Shown piece by piece: positions 1 to 10,918 of a stretch of 64,000 nt of DNA. A model generated the notes under the pieces. The model did no database searches. It saw nothing but the letters and a program-made list of their open reading frames with translations, and was not told the origin of the DNA. Every line of letters starts with the position of its first letter. Position 1 is the stretch's first letter. Where the stretch lies: positions 1 through 64,000 of the forward strand of contig CAVXWZ010000005.1 of assembly GCA_963765575.1 (NCBI GenBank), written 5' to 3'. Source of the stretch: an uncultured cyanobacterium. GTDB taxonomy: Bacteria; Cyanobacteriota; Cyanobacteriia; PCC-6307; Cyanobiaceae. The position numbers were made by a program, and so were the translations under genes.

Positions 1-380
1 CCCAGCGCTCGAAGGCCCGCTTCTTGGTGACGGCCATCTTGCGCTCCACCTCCAGCAGTAGGCCGGCGCCAAGCTGGGGTTGAAGGTGGTGATCAGCTCC
101 AGGCTCTTGAGGAACATCTCCACGGCCCCGTCCTTGGCGCGGCGCTCCTCCTCCTCGAGCAGATCCCAGTCGAGTTCCGGTAGAAGCGGCGGCGGTTGGC
201 CGCGATCTGCTCCTCTGGCAGCTGGCCGGGCTCGCGCAACCAGCGGTCGGTGTTGGCGTCGAAGCGCCGCCAGTAAAGGAAAGGGTTGAGGTAGATGGTC
301 TTGCCGCCCAGCTGGATGCTGTCCTGCTGGAGCCGACGCTGCAGCTCAGACTCGCTGGATGGGGCAGGGGCGGCGCTCAC
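1..380 (-). CDS. Conserved picocyanobacterial hypothetical protein (runs off window start; two apparent 1-bp frameshifts at ~180 and ~77)
   Basis: LQQDSIQLGGKTIYLNPFLYWRRFDANTDRWLREPGQL continues in shifted frames as (P)ELDWDLL...DGAVEMFLKSLELI and LLEVERKMAVTKKRAFERW; start (GTG 380) uncertain. Confidence 0.7.
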
Positions 381-442
381 GGCACGGCAAACCGGGGACC
401 CGAAGGTAACGGACACCCCCCAGCTCGCCACGGGGTGGGGGG

Positions 443-2032
443 TCACTCCCACTCGATCGTGCCGGGCGGCTTGCTGGTGATGTCGAGCACCACCCGGTTC
501 ACCCCCTGCACCTCATTGACGATGCGGTTGGAGATGGTCTCCAGCAGGTCGTAGGGCAAGCGCGACCAGTCCGCTGTCATGCCGTCCTCCGAGGACACGC
601 AGCGCAGCACCACCGGGAAGGCATAGGTGCGCTTGTCGCCCATCACGCCGACGCTGCGCACGGGCAGGAGAACCGCGAAGGCCTGCCAGATCTCGTGGTA
701 GAGGCCAGCGTTGCTGACCTCTTCGCGCACCACCAGATCGGCGTCGCGGAGGATGTTGAGCTTGTCGTCGGTGACCTCACCGAGGATGCGGATCGCCAGA
801 CCCGGGCCCGGGAAGGGATGGCGGCCCACGATCTCTTCCGGCAGGCCCAGGGAGCGGCCCACCTTGCGCACCTCGTCCTTGAACAGGCGGCGCAGGGGCT
901 CCACCAGCTTGAACTGCAGATCCTTGGGCAGACCGCCGACGTTGTGGTGGCTCTTGATCTTCACCGCCACCCGCTCGCCGGTGCGGGGATCGACGTTGGT
1001 GTCGGCGCTCTCGATCACATCGGGATAGAGGGTGCCCTGGGCCAGGTAGTCGAAGGGGCCGAGGCGCTTGCTCTCCTGCTCGAACACGCGAATGAATTCG
1101 GCGCCGATCAACTTGCGTTTCTCCTCCGGATCAGTGATGCCGGCCAGTTTGCTGATGAAGCGCTGGCGGGCATTGATGTACTCCACTTTGATGTGGAACT
1201 TGCGGTCGAAGAAGTCCATCAGAAACTCAGGCTCACCCTTGCGCATGAAGCCCTGGTCAATGAACATGCAAGTGAGTCGATCGCCAATCGCCCGGTGCAG
1301 CAGGAAGGCCAGGGTTGAGGAGTCGACGCCGCCGGAGAGCGCCAGCAGCACCCGTTTCTCACCCACCTGGCTGCGCACCTCGCCGATGGCTTCGTCGATG
1401 AAGGCGGCCGTGGTCCAGTCGGCCTCGCAGCCGCAGATGTGATACACGAAGTTGCGCAGCATCGCCATGCCGCAACTGGAGTGGACCACCTCGGGATGGA
1501 ACTGCACGCCGTAATGGCGATTGCCGTGATCGGCCACCGCCGCCTCCGGCGTGTTGTCGGTGTGGGCCAGGCGCACGAAACCCGGCGGCAGCCGCTCCAC
1601 CGAATCGCCATGGCTCATCCACATCGTCGAGCCCTCGTCGACGTTGGTGAGCAGGTCGGTGGGGTCGTCGACATGCAGCGCCGCCTTGCCGTATTCCGCC
1701 CGCCCCGCCGCCACCACCGAACCGCCCCGTTGCTGCACCATCAGCTGCATGCCGTAGCAGACCCCCAGCACCGGGATGCCCAGCTCCCAGATGCCCGGAT
1801 CGCACACCGGCGCCCCGTCCTCGTAGACCGAACTGGGGCCGCCGCTGAGGATGATGCCCCGGGGGGCGAGCTGGCGCAGCTGCTCGGCACTCGTGGTGTA
1901 GCTGATCACCAGCGAGAACACCTCGGTTTCGCGCACCCGCCGGGCGATCAGCTCGGAGTACTGGGAGCCGAAGTCCAGGATCACGATCGCCGGATGGCGG
2001 GACGATTGCGAGGCGGCGTCGATCACGGGCAT
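443..2032 (-). CDS. guaA: GMP synthase (glutamine-hydrolysing)
   Basis: [21 protein letters not shown] glutaminase motifs; SGGVDS PP-loop; C-terminal KPPGTIEWE. Confidence 0.98.
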   Translation of the reverse strand: MPVIDAASQSSRHPAIVILDFGSQYSELIARRVRETEVFSLVISYTTSAEQLRQLAPRGIILSGGPSSVYEDGAPVCDPGIWELGIPVLGVCYGMQLMVQQRGGSVVAAGRAEYGKAALHVDDPTDLLTNVDEGSTMWMSHGDSVERLPPGFVRLAHTDNTPEAAVADHGNRHYGVQFHPEVVHSSCGMAMLRNFVYHICGCEADWTTAAFIDEAIGEVRSQVGEKRVLLALSGGVDSSTLAFLLHRAIGDRLTCMFIDQGFMRKGEPEFLMDFFDRKFHIKVEYINARQRFISKLAGITDPEEKRKLIGAEFIRVFEQESKRLGPFDYLAQGTLYPDVIESADTNVDPRTGERVAVKIKSHHNVGGLPKDLQFKLVEPLRRLFKDEVRKVGRSLGLPEEIVGRHPFPGPGLAIRILGEVTDDKLNILRDADLVVREEVSNAGLYHEIWQAFAVLLPVRSVGVMGDKRTYAFPVVLRCVSSEDGMTADWSRLPYDLLETISNRIVNEVQGVNRVVLDITSKPPGTIEWE

Positions 2033-2059
2033 GGGCGCTGGGCGGGCCGGCGTTGAAGC

Positions 2060-3199
2060 CTAGGGGGGGCCCTCGGGGGGCTCGACTGCCGCGCCGCTGA
2101 GGGCTGCCAGCAACCGCTCACCCTCAGGTCCGCAGGCCCGCACCCGGCGCTGGCGATCGAACAGCACCGCCCCCACCGCCAGCGGACCGGGCTGGCCGTG
2201 GCTGCGCAGGTAGGCCTGACTGCGGTGCTCGATCGCCGTGGCGATCCGGGTCCGCAACCGCTCCGCCAGCGCGGGCTGCTGCTGCTCCAGCGCGCTGAGG
2301 GCCGTGTCGACGCTGGTGGCGGCATGCAGCCGGGCCAGCTCCACCCCACCCAGGCCCTCCAGCGCCGCCAGGGCGGTGAGCACCTCGGCGCGGCCATCGG
2401 CCAGGTGGTGGTGGGTGTGGAAGATGCCACCGGCCAGCTTGATCAGCTTGCCCTGGACGCCGAACAGCAGCAGCCGCCGCACCCCGGCCTCGGCGGCCGC
2501 CACCAGCAGGGGCCCGAGCCAGTTGCCGGCCTTGAGCAGCAGGGCAGCCGGCAGACCCAGTCGCGGCGCCAGGTCGAGGCCGTTCTCGCCGATCACCAGC
2601 ACCAGATCACCGCCGAAGTCGGCCGCGGCGGCGCGCTGGCGCAGGCTGGCCAGGGCCGCCTGCAGCTGCTCGGGGGCGGCGCTGCGCTGCACCTCGGCCT
2701 GGGTGCCGATCAGGGCCAGCCCCTCCACCACGCCGAAGGCGGCGTTGCTGGTGCGTTCCGCCAGGCGGCGGCCCTCCGGAATCGTGAGCTCCAGCCCCAG
2801 CCGCCGCCCGGGCGGCACCAAGGGCCGCAGGTTCCACTCCAGCAGCTGGCGCGCGTAGCCCGACAGGCAGGCCTCACCGCTGGCCTCGATCACCCCCACA
2901 CCGGCGCCGGCCCGCAGCTCCAGCCAGGGGCCGTCACCTTCAAGCCAGCGCGCCTGCACCCACAGGAGCAGATCCCGGGTGAGGTCGAGCACCCCTGCGC
3001 CGGGGTCGCAGCGGGCCATGGCCAGGGCGCTGCCATCGCCCAGGGGAGCCGCCGCCTCGATCGGGATCAAGCGGGGCTCGGCGCCGGTATCCAGCCGCAG
3101 GGGCTGCTCCGGCGCCACCGGCTCCCGCAGCAGCCCCTGCAGGGCCGCCCGCGCCGCTGCGGCGCACCACACCGGCAGGGTGTAGCCGCCCTCAGCCAT
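2060..3199 (-). CDS. cbiD: Cobalt-precorrin-5B C1-methyltransferase
   Basis: GYTLPVW, TSNAAFGVVEGLALIGT, GKLIKLAGGIFHTHHHLAD motifs; adjacent to guaA as in picocyanobacteria. Confidence 0.93.
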   Translation of the reverse strand: MAEGGYTLPVWCAAAARAALQGLLREPVAPEQPLRLDTGAEPRLIPIEAAAPLGDGSALAMARCDPGAGVLDLTRDLLLWVQARWLEGDGPWLELRAGAGVGVIEASGEACLSGYARQLLEWNLRPLVPPGRRLGLELTIPEGRRLAERTSNAAFGVVEGLALIGTQAEVQRSAAPEQLQAALASLRQRAAAADFGGDLVLVIGENGLDLAPRLGLPAALLLKAGNWLGPLLVAAAEAGVRRLLLFGVQGKLIKLAGGIFHTHHHLADGRAEVLTALAALEGLGGVELARLHAATSVDTALSALEQQQPALAERLRTRIATAIEHRSQAYLRSHGQPGPLAVGAVLFDRQRRVRACGPEGERLLAALSGAAVEPPEGPP

Positions 3200-3314
3200 C
3201 GATGCGGTGTGCGCTGGTCATTGGGGGGCTGGGTGGACTGTTTTTTATGGTGGTCGACTGTGGCGCCGCCGGGCGCACCCTCCAACACTCCGCCTCGCCC
3301 CCGCCACCTCCACC

Positions 3315-4467
3315 ATGCAGGACAAGCTCGCCCTGATGATTCCCGGGCCCCACGCCGGTGCCCGAAACGATCCTGCAGGCCATGGGTCGCCACCCGATCG
3401 GCCACCGCAGCGCCGACTTCCAGGCGATCGTGCGGCGCACCAGCGAGCAGCTCAAGTGGCTGCATCAGACCAGCGGCGATGTGCTGGTGATCACCGGCAG
3501 CGGCACCGCCGCCATGGAGGCGGGGATCATCAACGTGCTGAGCCGGGGTGAGCGGGTGCTCTGCGGCGACAACGGCAAGTTTGGTGAGCGCTGGGTGAAG
3601 GTGGCGCGGGCCTACGGGCTGGACGTGCAGGTGATCCAGGCGGAGTGGGGCCAGCCGCTCGATCCCGAGGCCTTCCGCGCCGCCCTGGAGGCCGACACGG
3701 CCAAGGCGATCAAGGCCGTGATCCTCACCCACTCGGAAACCTCCACGGGCGTGATCAACGACCTGGAGACCATCGCCCGCCATGTGCGGGCCCACGGCAC
3801 GGCCCTGGCGATCGCCGACTGCGTCACCAGCCTGGGAGCCTGCAACGTGCCCATGGACGCCTGGGGCCTCGACGTGGTGGGCTCGGGCTCCCAGAAGGGG
3901 TACATGATGCCGCCGGGCCTGGCCTTCGTGGCCATGAGCGAGCGGGCCTGGCAGGCCGCCAAGGGCTCCGACCTGCCGAAGTTCTATCTCGACCTGGCCA
4001 AGTACCGCAAATCCGCCAAGGCCGACAGCAACCCCTTCACGCCGGCCGTGAACCTCTACTTCGCCCTGGAGGCGGCGCTGACGATGATGCAGGCGGAGGG
4101 GCTGGAGGCGATCTTCAGCCGCCATGCCCGCCACCGCGGCGCCGTCCAGGCCGGCATGACGGCCATGGGCCTGCCGCTCTATGCCGCCGCCGGCCACGGC
4201 AGCCCGGCGATCACGGCGGTGGCCCCGCAGGGCGTCGACGCCGAGACCCTGCGCAAGCGGGTGAAGGAACGCTTCGACATCCTGCTGGCCGGGGGCCAGG
4301 ACCACCTCAAGGGCAAGGTTTTCCGCATCGGCCACCTGGGCTTCGTGTGCGACCGGGATGTGCTCACCGCCGTGGCCGCCATCGAGGCCGTCGTGCAGGA
4401 GCTGGGGCTGCACAGGGCAACCCCTGGTGCCGGGGTCGCCGCCTGCGCCGCCGCCCTCGCGGGCTAG
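3315..4467 (+). CDS. Class V PLP aminotransferase (serine-pyruvate/alanine-glyoxylate; 'soluble hydrogenase small subunit' family); +1 C frameshift at ~3350
   Basis: MQDKLALMIPGP joins (T)PVPETILQAM after removing one C; HSETSTG, DCVTSLG, GSQKG (PLP lysine), RIGHLG. Confidence 0.92.
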
Positions 4468-4478
4468 GGTTCAACAAC

Positions 4479-4512
4479 TAAGGAACCGCAGACGCGCAGT
4501 TCCTTATGTTTT
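4479..4512 (+). terminator. Stem-loop with T-rich tail between aminotransferase and tRNA (possible intrinsic terminator)
   Basis: TAAGGAAC (4479-4486) pairs with GTTCCTTA (4499-4506), followed by TGTTTT. Confidence 0.5.
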
Positions 4513-4584
4513 GCGGGTGTAATTCAGTGGTAGAATGTCAGCTTCCCAAGCTGAACGTCGCCGGTTCGAGTCCGGTCACCCGCT
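4513..4584 (+). tRNA. tRNA-Gly (anticodon CCC), CCA not encoded
   Basis: Acceptor GCGGGTG/CACCCGC, anticodon arm TCAGC-TTCCCAA-GCTGA, T-loop GTTCGAGTC, discriminator T. Confidence 0.97.
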
Positions 4585-4587
4585 TTC

Positions 4588-4600
4588 AGTCCAGTCACCC
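4588..4600 (+). repeat. Imperfect direct repeat of tRNA-Gly 3' end
   Basis: AGTCCAGTCACCC (4588-4600) vs AGTCCGGTCACCC (4569-4581), 12/13 identical. Confidence 0.6.
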
Positions 4601-4727
4601 CACTGCAGGACACCCCACGGCAGATCACATTGAGGTGGATGGTCTGCCGCCTGGCAGGCTCGGCTACCGATCCTCGGCGTGCTGCTCCCCGCAGACTCCG
4701 GCCTGGAGGTGGTGACAGGGGCACGGC

Positions 4728-4755
4728 ACAAAACCGATCACGGCACCGGCGGGTA
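4728..4755 (+). promoter_or_regulatory. Degenerate copy of candidate ECF promoter upstream of the sigma gene
   Basis: ACAAAACC-N16-GGTA, same spacing as the exact copies at 7830-7857 and 10869-10896; ends 25 nt before ATG 4781. Confidence 0.4.
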
Positions 4756-4780
4756 TTTCCGACATGTCTCCCTCCCCGCC

Positions 4781-5371
4781 ATGGCTGTGACGGATCAGGA
4801 CCTGCCACCGCCGCCCGATGACCTGGCCGGCCTCTACGACGCCTACAGCCCCGCCGTCTACCGCCTGGCCCTGCGGCTCTGCCGGGAACCGAGCGCGGCG
4901 GCGGATCTGGTGCAGGACGTGTTCCTGCGCTACTGGCGCCAGGAGCGCTACGACCCCAAGCGGGGACCGGTGCTGGCCTACCTGCTGCTGCTCACCCGCT
5001 CGATGGCGATCAACCGCCTCAACCAGCAGCGCAACCGCTGGCAGCTGCTGCAGCGCTGGTCGACCCAGCTGCTGGGCGGGCACCAGCGCAGCCCCCACGA
5101 CTTGGCCGAACTGGGAGATCTGGGGGAGCGCATGCGCAGCGCCCTGGCCCGGATCAACCCCAACCAGCGCCAGGTGCTGGAGCTGGCCTACTACGAGGGC
5201 ATGAGCCAATCGGTGATCGCCGAGCACCTGCAGATCCCCCTGGGCACTGTCAAAACTCGCTCCCGCCAGGGTCTGCTGGCCCTGCGCGGTCTGCTGCTGG
5301 ATTTCGCCACCAACGCCCCCGACCCCCTCGCCATCCCCCCTGTTCTCCCGGATCGCCATGGCTGCCGCTGA
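4781..5371 (+). CDS. ECF sigma-70 factor (SigK-like)
   Basis: Region 2 LYDAYSPAVYRLA...ADLVQDVFLRYW...YDPKRG; region 4 VLELAYYEGMSQSVIAEHLQIPLGTVKTRSRQGL. Confidence 0.93.
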   Translation: MAVTDQDLPPPPDDLAGLYDAYSPAVYRLALRLCREPSAAADLVQDVFLRYWRQERYDPKRGPVLAYLLLLTRSMAINRLNQQRNRWQLLQRWSTQLLGGHQRSPHDLAELGDLGERMRSALARINPNQRQVLELAYYEGMSQSVIAEHLQIPLGTVKTRSRQGLLALRGLLLDFATNAPDPLAIPPVLPDRHGCR

Positions 5372-6095
5372 CCCCCGCCGCGATGAACTGCTGGCTGGCT
5401 ACGTGCTCGGCGACCTCGATGAACGCGAGCGTGAGCAGCTGCGGGACGCCCTTGCCAGCGACCCCTCCCTGCAGCGCCAGCTCGATGAGTTGCGCCTCAC
5501 CCTGGAACTGCTGCCGCTGGCGCTGCCCGATGCCGCGCCGCCGCGGCGGCTGCGCCAGCGGCTGCTGCGGGCCGAACAGCAGCGCCAGCCCCAGGCCGGC
5601 GTTGAGGACAGGCCGCCATGGCGACCCCGGCCCGGCCAACTGGGCCTGGCGGCCATGGCCTGCGCCCTGGTGGCCCTGGGGGGTCAGGTGGTGCAGTTGC
5701 GCGGTGAGATGGCCGACCTGCGGCGGAATCCAGCGGCCCCCGCAGCCACCGCTCTGGAGCCGGCCCTGCAGGCCAGCCGCACCCTGCCGTTGCGGGGCAC
5801 CGATGGCCATCCACAGCTCTCCGGCCAGGTGGTGGTGAACCCGGGCCAGACCCACAACCTGCTGGTGATCAGCGGGCTGCCGCCGGCACCGCCCAGCCAT
5901 GTGTACCGCCTGTGGGCCAACGTGGGCGGCGCCACCAAGGGCTGTGTGCGCTTCGTGCCCAACGCCGCCGGGCGTGTGGAGATGCCCATCCCCAGCCACC
6001 CCTCCAGCGAGGCCCGGTCCCTGAGCATCACCCTTGAACCCCTGCGCACCGATGGCACCAAACCCGATGGCCCCCAGCTGCTCACCAGTGTCTGA
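5358..6095 (+). CDS. RskA-type transmembrane anti-sigma factor
   Basis: N-terminal ELLAGYVLGDLD, PPRRLRQRLL, one TM segment, C-terminal LPPAPPSHVYRLW and ITLEP...PDGP; overlaps sigma stop. Confidence 0.88.
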   Translation: MAAADPRRDELLAGYVLGDLDEREREQLRDALASDPSLQRQLDELRLTLELLPLALPDAAPPRRLRQRLLRAEQQRQPQAGVEDRPPWRPRPGQLGLAAMACALVALGGQVVQLRGEMADLRRNPAAPAATALEPALQASRTLPLRGTDGHPQLSGQVVVNPGQTHNLLVISGLPPAPPSHVYRLWANVGGATKGCVRFVPNAAGRVEMPIPSHPSSEARSLSITLEPLRTDGTKPDGPQLLTSV

Positions 6096-6118
6096 GCCCG
6101 CCGCCGGGGCCACGCCCC

Positions 6119-7058
<940 letters not shown>

Positions 7059-7754
7059 TCAGGGCACCGTCGGACAGGTCTGGGTCTCGAAGTCGCAACT
7101 GAAGACCGCCGGCTTCTGCCACTGCAGGGGAATTTCCAGGAGATCGCGGGGACCGCTGATGCCCTGGGCCAGCAGCACCACCGCCGCCAGCACGCTGGCG
7201 GAGACGTGCAGCCGCCGCCAGCGCAGGCTGCGCTGGGTTTCCGGCTTGGCCGCCATGGCGAACAGCAGCAGGCCGCAGAGGCCGATGCCGCCCCAGAAAT
7301 GGGACTGCCAGAACGCCGGCTCCAGGGGATTGTCGCCCAGGCGCCAGACCTCCGGCTGGAGGCCGAGGCCGATCAGACCGGCCCAGCAGAGCAGGGCGAA
7401 GCAAGCCCGATAGACGGGAAGGCGAGCCCGCCAGAAGGCGATGAAGGCCACCGCCGTGACCCCTGTCACCAGGGCCAGCAGCAGCAGCCTGGTGGTGCCG
7501 CCCGCAAAGTCGGCGAACGGCACCTTGGTGAGGATCACCACCACCAGCGCCACCAGCACGGCAAACACCACGCTGCCCGTGAGCCAGCGGCCCAGGTCGG
7601 CGTGGTCACGGCCGCTGGTCACCGGCAGCTTGCTCTGTCCCAGGCGCCGCTGCCGGGCCTGGATGCCCAGCCGCACCACCATGCCCACCAACGGGTAGAT
7701 CACCACCACGGCCAGCACCGGGTGCAACAGCCAAAGCCAATCAACCCTCTGCAT
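7059..7754 (-). CDS. DUF4079-like multi-pass membrane protein with TM histidines
   Basis: About 6 hydrophobic helices; LLHP, DHADLG, SHFWGG, RLHVS; C-terminal RDLLEIPLQWQKP..CDFETQTCP; GGAG before ATG 7754. Confidence 0.75.
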   Translation of the reverse strand: MQRVDWLWLLHPVLAVVVIYPLVGMVVRLGIQARQRRLGQSKLPVTSGRDHADLGRWLTGSVVFAVLVALVVVILTKVPFADFAGGTTRLLLLALVTGVTAVAFIAFWRARLPVYRACFALLCWAGLIGLGLQPEVWRLGDNPLEPAFWQSHFWGGIGLCGLLLFAMAAKPETQRSLRWRRLHVSASVLAAVVLLAQGISGPRDLLEIPLQWQKPAVFSCDFETQTCPTVP

Positions 7755-7829
7755 CGCCGGCGCTCCATCGCGTGACTTCAACCATGGCGCCCATGGGCAT
7801 CTCTGTCATCCAATCAGCACTGGTCTCAG

Positions 7830-7857
7830 TACCGGGCAGTCGATCGATCGGATTGCC
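7830..7857 (-). promoter_or_regulatory. Candidate ECF promoter GGCAATCCG-N13-CCGGTA upstream of DUF4079 gene
   Basis: Minus strand reads GGCAATCCGatcgatcgactgcCCGGTA; arms and spacing identical to 10869-10896. Confidence 0.65.
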
Positions 7858-7874
7858 GAGGACAGGGCCGCGGC

Positions 7875-8759
7875 TCAGGGGCTCTGGCGGTTCAGGTCCC
7901 AGCTGTAGGGGAGGTAGGCGAGGCGGTAGTCGCCCCCCAGCAACAGCTCTCGCTCGCTGGCGGGGCGATGGCGGGCGATGAAGTGCAGCACCGCACTGTT
8001 GTCGGCGTGGCCCGGCACCGGGACCGCCTCGGGGTCGGCACGCGGCCAGTCCTCGGCAAACCACTGAAAGATCGCCGAGATGGCCACCTCGCCCGCCTCC
8101 CGGTCAATGCGCAGTCCCACGTCACTGGCCAGCCAGCGCTTGGTCTGATCCTCCAGCTGCTCCTCCAGCTGCCGAACCCGTGAAGGCCTCCGCCGCAGCG
8201 GCGGGCAGCTGATCGCCGCGCACACCAGGGCGGCGTGGATGCGCGGTTCGTTGTACTCGCGCCGCAGGATCTGATGCTCGATCTCATCGAGGGTGAGGCG
8301 CTGACCCAGCAGCGGGTGGCGGCGGAATTTCCACACGCCGGGAATCGCCTTGATGCTCGGCCGGATCGGATCGTGATCGATGATCGAGCGCAGGGTCAGG
8401 GCGTTGTAGGCGTTGATCAGCAGGGCGATCTGATCAGCCTCGGGCCAGGCGGCGACGTGCTCGGGTGGCAGCTCGGCCAGCGCCTGCAGGTAGGCATCGA
8501 GCTGGGCCGGATCGCGCTGCAGGGCGCCGTAATCCACCTGACCGCGATCATCCACCACCGCCTGCAGCACGGCCGTGAAGGGGGCTGGATCCAGGGGAGG
8601 CTGGGGGGCCGTGGCCGCCGCCGTGGTGCCATGGCCGTCCAGGGGCAGCAGGTCCTGCGGCCCGTTGGCGCAAGCGGCGGCGCTGAGCAGCAGCAACCCG
8701 CAGAGCAGGGCCAGCGGGGCGCGGCAACGGGCAGGGGGCACGGCACGGGCAGGGGACAT
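7875..8759 (-). CDS. DUF547 domain lipoprotein
   Basis: Lipobox-like LLLLSAAAC; VDYGAL, LINAYNALT, TLDEIEH, EPRIHAALVCAAISCP, YSWDLN; local compensated frameshift ~8172-8192 (RPSRVR where EAFTGS is expected). Confidence 0.85.
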   Translation of the reverse strand: MSPARAVPPARCRAPLALLCGLLLLSAAACANGPQDLLPLDGHGTTAAATAPQPPLDPAPFTAVLQAVVDDRGQVDYGALQRDPAQLDAYLQALAELPPEHVAAWPEADQIALLINAYNALTLRSIIDHDPIRPSIKAIPGVWKFRRHPLLGQRLTLDEIEHQILRREYNEPRIHAALVCAAISCPPLRRRPSRVRQLEEQLEDQTKRWLASDVGLRIDREAGEVAISAIFQWFAEDWPRADPEAVPVPGHADNSAVLHFIARHRPASERELLLGGDYRLAYLPYSWDLNRQSP

Positions 8760-8788
8760 GGCGTGGAGGCCAGCGTCGGGTGCGGGGT

Positions 8789-10105
8789 CTACAGCTCAAC
8801 AGCTCGATCGGTTCGCTCGCGGCCCGGCGGCCCCAGGCTCAACAGGAGTCCCACCAGCAGGGGCAGCCACAGCAGCAGCCGCTCAGCGCTGGTGAGCTGC
8901 CAGTCCGGCAATCGAGAGGGCAGCACGAAGTACACGAAGGCCGACAGGCTCACCAGCCGCGCCCCCCAGTTCTGGCTGGGCACGGCAAAGGGCATCAGCC
9001 AGATGAAATACCAGCCGTGCACCACCGGTGAGAGCAGCAGCACCGCCACCAGGTAGCGCCAGGCGAACACCCCCAGCCGCTCGCCGCCGCGCAGCAGCAG
9101 GGGCACCAGCACCGCCAGCAGCAGCAGGCCATGCACGGCGTTGCTCTGCAGCGTCCAGGGCCAGAGCTGGCCGATCCAGTGCGGCATCCACGCGGCGCTG
9201 CGGCCCAGGCGCATGAACGTGGAGCCGGTGGGCAGCAGCGGACAGGTTGCGCTGCGGCAGAAGACCAGCGCCCCCAGCAGCAACGGCGCCAGCCCCAGCA
9301 GCAGGCCGCTGAGCACGGGCCCGGGCCGCTGAAACCGCCGCCAACGGCTGATGGCCCGCTGCAGCAGCAGCGGCAGGGTGATCCACTTGAGGGCCACGCT
9401 CAGGCCCAGCAACAGGTCGACCCAGGCCTGGGAGCGGGGGCCCTGCAGCCGGGGATCGCGCTCCGCCAGCAGCCAGCCCCCCACCAGCGGCAGCAGGAAC
9501 CAGCTGTCGTAATGGCCGCCGCCACTGATGCCGTAGATCACCAGCGGATTCCAGCCATAGAGCGCCGCCCGCGCCGCCCCGAAGCGGCCGGCGAGCAACG
9601 CGCAGATCGCCAGATCGGCCGCCAGGAAGGAGAGCTTGAACACCACCACCTGGGGGGCCAGCGCGGCATGCAGCCGGAACAGCAGCTGGGCCAGGGGCGG
9701 GTAGATGGCCGTGGTGTCGGGATGGTTGATCTGCGGCCACCAGGCCAACCGCAATCCGGCCAGCACGGGAGCCTCCGGAGGCAGGTGGTAGGGGCTGAAC
9801 CCCTGCAGCTGGATCAACCCTTCCCAGAGGTAGCGCCAGATGTCATCGCCGGGCTCCATCGCCAGCAGCAGCAGGCGGGTGAGCACGGCCACGGTCCAGA
9901 ACAGCGTCCGGGGGATCGCCGGCAAGGTCCAGGAGAGGGCGAAGCCCGCACCCATCACCGCCACCGCCCTCCAGAACGGCAGCAGCTGGGCCGGGTCGAA
10001 CAGATCGCCGTGGGGTCGCAGCAGCAGCGCCCCAGCAATCAGCAGCAGGGCACTGGCCAGCAGCCGCAGCCGGCGCAGCTGCCGGCGGGTGGGGGTCAGG
10101 TCCAT
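8789..10105 (-). CDS. Integral-membrane GT-C fold glycosyltransferase (GT87/DUF2029-like)
   Basis: GDDIWRYLWEG, INHP..AIYPPLAQ, WNPLVI, GHYD, VHGWY motifs; about 10 TM helices; overlaps upstream GT2 stop. Confidence 0.75.
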   Translation of the reverse strand: MDLTPTRRQLRRLRLLASALLLIAGALLLRPHGDLFDPAQLLPFWRAVAVMGAGFALSWTLPAIPRTLFWTVAVLTRLLLLAMEPGDDIWRYLWEGLIQLQGFSPYHLPPEAPVLAGLRLAWWPQINHPDTTAIYPPLAQLLFRLHAALAPQVVVFKLSFLAADLAICALLAGRFGAARAALYGWNPLVIYGISGGGHYDSWFLLPLVGGWLLAERDPRLQGPRSQAWVDLLLGLSVALKWITLPLLLQRAISRWRRFQRPGPVLSGLLLGLAPLLLGALVFCRSATCPLLPTGSTFMRLGRSAAWMPHWIGQLWPWTLQSNAVHGLLLLAVLVPLLLRGGERLGVFAWRYLVAVLLLSPVVHGWYFIWLMPFAVPSQNWGARLVSLSAFVYFVLPSRLPDWQLTSAERLLLWLPLLVGLLLSLGPPGRERTDRAVEL

Positions 10106-10827
10106 CGCCGCAGCAGCAGACGGCCGAGGGTGGAGAGGATCACACTGCCGGCCCGGATGCTGGCCCCCCAGCGTCCGGAGATCTTCGAGGTCCCGGCCAG
10201 GCGCGGCCGGTGGGCGATGGGGATCTCGCGGATGCGCAGACCGAGCTCGAGGGCCCGCACCTGCATCTCCAGGGTCCAGCCGTAGCCGCGGTCGCGCAGG
10301 GCCATGGCCTCGAAGGCCGAGCGGCGCAGCAGCCGCAGCGGGCCCAGGTCGCGGTAGCGGCACCCCCAGCCGAGGGCGATCAAGCCGGTGGCCAGGCGGT
10401 TGCCCCAGCGCTGCAGGGGGGTGAGGGCGGCGCGCCCCGCGGCGGTGGCGGTGCGATCGCCCAGCAGCAGGTCGTGGTGGCTCAGCAGCGCCAGGAAAGC
10501 GGGCAGTTCCTCGATCGGATCACCGCCGTCGCCATCGCAGAACAGCAACCAGCGCACCGCCGGGTCGAGGTTGCGGCAGCCGCGCCAGCAGGCCCTGCCG
10601 TAGCCGGGGCGGGGTTCGCTGAGCACCTCCGCCCCCAGCTCCCGGGCCAGGGCCGCGCTGCCATCGCGGCTGCCGTTGTCCACCACCCGGATGCGGCACA
10701 GCCCCTGGGCGCGCAGCTGGCCGAGCACATGGGCGAGCGTGGACTCCTCGTCGCGCACCGGGATCACCACCTGGATCGCATCCAGCGCTGTCGCCGGCGG
10801 CTGGGGTTCCGGTTGATCGAGGACCAC
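10096..10827 (-). CDS. Family 2 glycosyltransferase (polyprenol-phosphate sugar synthase-like)
   Basis: VVIPVRDEE, VVDNGSRD, GYGRAC, FCDGDG, DLGPLR, YGWTLEMQ, GTSKISG. Confidence 0.88.
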   Translation of the reverse strand: MVLDQPEPQPPATALDAIQVVIPVRDEESTLAHVLGQLRAQGLCRIRVVDNGSRDGSAALARELGAEVLSEPRPGYGRACWRGCRNLDPAVRWLLFCDGDGGDPIEELPAFLALLSHHDLLLGDRTATAAGRAALTPLQRWGNRLATGLIALGWGCRYRDLGPLRLLRRSAFEAMALRDRGYGWTLEMQVRALELGLRIREIPIAHRPRLAGTSKISGRWGASIRAGSVILSTLGRLLLRRWT

Positions 10828-10868
10828 GGCCGATCCCTCCAGGACGTACCACTCCCCACACCCTGCCG

Positions 10869-10896
10869 GGCAATCCGGGACGGGGCTTCACCGGTA
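10869..10896 (+). promoter_or_regulatory. Candidate ECF promoter GGCAATCCG-N13-CCGGTA upstream of DedA-reductase/arsM unit
   Basis: GGCAATCCGggacggggcttcaCCGGTA, ends 22 nt before ATG 10919. Confidence 0.65.
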
Positions 10897-10918
10897 GCCG
10901 CTCTGAAGAGCGTGTCCC

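Noticed and set aside
10828..10880. Fourth ECF motif copy driving the GT2-GT-C-DUF547 unit
   Set aside because: Minus strand has GGTA, but the upstream element (TTGCCCG) and spacing match poorly
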